A stretch of 63,701 nucleotides of DNA, counting the filler, from Folioceros fuciformis (taxonomy: Eukaryota), in the NCBI GenBank assembly GCA_049999805.1. It is 9 parts of 9 records of this genome, joined end to end, with 100 filler letters (N's around TTAATTAATTAA, not from the genome) between each part and the next. Parts side by side here need not be neighbours in the genome. Positions count along the whole stretch, not along the records: positions 59,758 to 61,437 come from JBNGIO010001316.1; positions 61,538 to 63,701 come from JBNGIO010001318.1; 7 more parts are not named here. One strand, given 5' to 3'. The notes under the pieces were generated by a model. It worked only from the letters and a program-made list of their open reading frames with translations. It was not told where the DNA came from and did not search any database. Positions 59,758-63,701 of this stretch are shown here, piece after piece. A program made the position numbers and the translations under genes. The first letter of the stretch is position 1, and each line of letters opens with the position of its first letter.

Positions 59758-61437
59758 TCTTAGTAGAGTATATAGCTTACTTAAGTACGTAGCTTATATA
59801 GAAAGTATATTATAGATATTATAATAAAAAAGAATATAATTTTTATATCTATAAGATAAAAATAGAAGATACTAAAGATAGTAAAAAGTTTAAAGAATAA
59901 ATTAACTTATTAGAATTTTTAATAAACTATATTAAATATATATAATTATACTATATAAATAATATATAAGTAGAGTATTAGTAATTTACTTAGATTAGTA
60001 ACTCGCTTATAAAATATATTAATAGTAATTACTAATAGTAATACTAATTACTAATTTATATATATTCTTAATATAATATACTTAGTAGAGTATATAAGTA
60101 AAGAAATACTAATTAAAAACTATATATAATACTAAGTACTTAGTAATTAGTTCTACTTAGTAATATTAAGTATACTAAGTAGATTAAGTAGAATATATAC
60201 TTTACTTATATATAGAGATATAGATTAATATTAGTAGAATATTATAATTAACTTTATTATTTAACTTAAGTACTATACTTAAGACTACTTAGTATTACGA
60301 GCTATACCTAAGAGTATATAAAGTACTTAAGATATATAATAAATATAAGTATTAAGTATAGTAGTACTTAGGTTAAGTTTTATAGATAAAGTAAGTTTAA
60401 TAAATAAGAGTTAAGATAACTAAGTAGTCTTAAGTATAGTACTTAAGTTAGATAACTAAGTTAATTATAATATTCTAGTAATATTAAATTATAAGATCTA
60501 TATACTTATATTTCTTATCTTTCTTACTTAAAAGAGTCTAAGAGTTTCTTATATATCTTATATAAAGAATCTATACTAAGTCTTTTCTTATATATAAGAG
60601 TTTAAGAAGGTTATATAACTATTTCTATATTACTTATATATAGAATTAACTAGCTATTATTTCTTTATAAATAACTTACTATACTATTTTACTCTAGATT
60701 TATAATACTATTTTTTCTTTTTTTAAGCTTATTTCTAAGCTTCTTTACTTACTTTTTTTATAGTATAAATTATATTAATAATATCTATACCTAGATTTAA
60801 AGAATATCTCTACCTTACTCTTAAGATTTATTATAATAGTTAGCTTATTCTAGTCTCTTATAATTATTACTTTATAAATAATTATTAGTATATTATAATA
60901 CCTAAAGTTAATAGTAAGCGTTTTAAGTATACTAAGTATACTTACTTAAGTTATCTCTATATAAATATATTATAGGTATCTCTTAATAAGACTTAGAAGA
61001 AGTACTAGAAAAAAATAAAGAAGAATAAGAAATTACTAGTAGAAGTTATTTCTTATCTAATATAAAATAAGAAGATTTTAAAGTAAGCTAAAAACTATAC
61101 TATAAAGAAGATAATTTATCTAGCTAATAGCCTTTATACTAAAGATAATAATATTAATATATAGGAGTCTATAGATTACTCTACTACTAATATATTAGTA
61201 GAGTTTTCTTCTATATTATAGAGTACTTTAAGCTTATTAAATATCTTAGTTAATTCTATAAATTCTAGTAACGTATCTATCTTTTCTTTATAGTATTTTT
61301 TACTAGTAAGTTTTCTTTTACTTCTTATTTTTCTAGAATTCTTTTAACTTTTTATAATAGTTTATAAGATTAGACTTAGGTTTCTATATATTTTCTAAGT
61401 CTAAGTATTCTATCTATTTAATTAGATACTATAGGTT
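59758..61437. mobile_element. RIP-mutated repetitive DNA, probably of fungal origin
   Basis: Extreme AT content and TpA excess, no CpA/TpG found by eye, no ORFs. Confidence 0.8.
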
Positions 61438-61537
61438 NNNNNNNNNNNNNNNNNNNNNNNNNNNNNNNNNNNNNNNNNNNNTTAATTAATTAANNNNNNN
61501 NNNNNNNNNNNNNNNNNNNNNNNNNNNNNNNNNNNNN
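61438..61537. other. Artificial contig linker
   Basis: N44-TTAATTAATTAA-N44. Confidence 0.98.
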
Positions 61538-61705
61538 GTTTGGGGTGTGGAGTTTCTTTCGTTGTTTGTGTATGTGAGATAGGAGGCGGAGGAGGAGGAA
61601 GAGAGTGTGGATCTGAGGAAGGGTTTAGGAAGGCGCGGCCGTGGTGGTGCGGGGATTTTGACGACATCTTCCTGGTTTTCTCATTCTGCAGAGAGGCAGG
61701 TCATC

Positions 61706-62965
61706 ATGTCTGATCATGATGTGTCGTCTGTAGCTGCTGCCGCAGCGAATTCCGTCTCGGAAACCTTTCACAAGCTGCCGGGTTCCCACACCTCCCACGC
61801 CCTTGGCAGTGGGAAGACGTATCTCTTCAACCGGCAGAGATCGGTTCGCGACATTCTGGGTGGCGGAAAATGTAACTTCGCTGATTCCCTCATGGTTGGA
61901 TCCGACGAGGAGTTGAGGGAAGAGGGGGTTGATTGGGAGCAATTGGGATGTGGTGCTGAGGCGGGATCGAGGCGCCTGCCTGTCGGGTCTCTTACGTGGC
62001 AGTGTTGTCCTGGTGTTGCAGTTGCGGATGTGGTTCTGTGGAAGAATAAGAGTCTTGCTGCCGGAATCCTCAGTGCGGTTGCAATCACCTGGTTCTTGTT
62101 GGAGTTGTCTGGGTACACGCTGCTCACGCTGGTTTCCAATGTGCTGCTCTTCCTGGTCGTGATCCTCTTCATCTGGGCCAATGCTGCAGCTCTACTCAAC
62201 AGGTGGGATGGTCGATCACAGCCTTTTGGAGCTGGGTGGGTGGGTCACACTGCCCTTGTCTGTCGTTGGGTTCCGGGGTCTTACACTTCCGGGTGTTTTT
62301 TTCTTGCCTCTCTTAGGGCTCCTCCCCCTCTCCCCGAGTTGGCGTTGTCGGAGCAGTTCGTCACCAACGCAGCTCGCTCTCTTCGTTACGAACTCAACAG
62401 AGCGTTGAAAGTGGTGCACGATGTTGCACTTGGCAAGGACGTGAAGCTCTTCTTGAAGGTTAAACGGCTAGCGTGTTCGGTGGTGGTGTCATGCCTGTCG
62501 TGCGAGCTTGCCGTCTTCCGTGGCCTCACGGTGACCTTTGTGGGTGGATGCAGGTCCTTTTTGGGTTGTGGGTGCTCTCAGTTGTCGGTGGATGGACCAG
62601 CCTTTTGACTCTCTCTTTCATCGGTCAGTAGATTCACCACCGCTTTTTTTTTTTTTGCTGCAAGGGAGCTGGGTTGATGTCTCGCTTGTTTCAGCCACCT
62701 TGTCTCGTTGATCCCGTCGTCCAGTTTGATCCCTCTGTGTCCTACCCCTTGCTGACTGCCACGTGGTCGGTTGTGTTGTGTTCGATTGGGTGGGACAGGT
62801 GTTCTTTTGTTGTTTAGTGTTCCCGTTTTCTACGACAAGTACGAGAATGAGGTTGATAAGTACGCCAAGCTTGTTGCCGACGAAGCCCACAAGCAATACA
62901 GGAAGTTCGATGAAGTGGTTCTCAGCAAGATCCCCAGGGCCGTGAAGGCAAAGAAGGCAGACTAG
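61706..62965 (+). CDS. Reticulon-like protein B (RTNLB), multi-exon
   Basis: LFNRQRSVRDILGGGK|ADVVLWKNK, hydrophobic hairpins, GKDVKLFLK, VPVFYDKYENEVD, FDEVVLSKIPR. Confidence 0.93.
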
Positions 62966-63701
62966 ATCCTGGTAGTACCTAGCTGGCGTATAATGCTGCC
63001 GTTAGAAACCCTAATCTCCTAGTGGAGAGTCCAGCATGTATATTTTTTGTACAAGCTTCCTGTGACGTGGGAGAGAGCCCGCAGACCCTAGTTAGTGTCA
63101 CCCTCGACCTTCTGTCGTAGCTGTTACATTTACGTAAGCCGAGTCCGAGTGTTGCCCCTTTTTGACTCAGGTGTTATCTACCAGAATTTTTGACGGCACA
63201 CTTCGGCGTTGCTCATTGATATATCTTCGAGGCCTTGCGTTGCTCGTATCTTTGAATAAAGGAGGCGACTCGTTTGTCCAGTTTGTGTCTACTCTATACA
63301 ACAACCCTTGGTTTTGGGTGTGTACTCTGGGTTTTCTTTAAATTCGGTGCTAAGGAGTTGGCAGTGTTGTTGAAAGATCTAGGATCCTTCCTCTTGCCAG
63401 ATGCCGCGGAGGAGACTCCTCGCATGATATTCAATCCAGAATCCTTGTAACATGTATGCTTCTAACGTGGCAGGCTTCAGCCCATTAACCTTGGATTCCA
63501 CTCTTCGTGTTTCTAGAACAAAATCTGAGCCGCTCCCCTTCGACCCCCCATCAGACGCCTGGCCTGGAGCGTATCACACCTGCTTCAAAACATATGCTAT
63601 AACTTATTATTGGAATATAATTATTTTTGAGAAGAATAGGTAAGACCTTTACCATGTGCTTCACCAGCTTGCGTCACTCGCATCGCTCTGTACGCGAGCC
63701 T

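Noticed and set aside
12020-61537. Eight identical TTAATTAATTAA motifs flanked by Ns as a biological repeat
   Set aside because: These are fixed-length six-frame-stop linkers added when contigs were concatenated.

Overview
This is eukaryotic, gene-dense land-plant DNA with short introns. It is not one locus: nine contigs are joined by eight artificial 100-bp linkers (N44-TTAATTAATTAA-N44), so adjacency across a linker has no biological meaning. Two PLS-class PPR genes carry the 'PGQSWWTD' (DYW:WW-type) box, and flagellar genes (CFAP119-like, TTC29-like) are present. Together these point to a hornwort-like plant with motile sperm (inference). Recognisable genes are ASH2R/TRAUCO (partial), NAD kinase 1, an intronless LRR-RLK pseudokinase, a SURP/G-patch protein, CPN10, two PPR editing factors, ASY4, a half-size ABCB transporter, a PQBP1-like WW protein, PASTICCINO1, an SDR (partial), tRNA-His, CFAP119-like, an HSPA12-type Hsp70, TTC29-like and a reticulon. 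There is also a tRNA-Phe pseudogene, an F-box relic and several TE relics. The most notable observations are: (1) a 1.7-kb contig essentially devoid of CpA/TpG, the fungal RIP signature, containing a MITE-like inverted repeat; (2) out-of-frame vestiges of the DYW deaminase motif behind both PPR genes; (3) a MULE-like non-autonomous element with hairpin subterminal repeats and a second copy on another contig; (4) convergent genes whose stop codons are 7 bp apart. All calls are by eye, without database searches. No clearly new biological system could be established.
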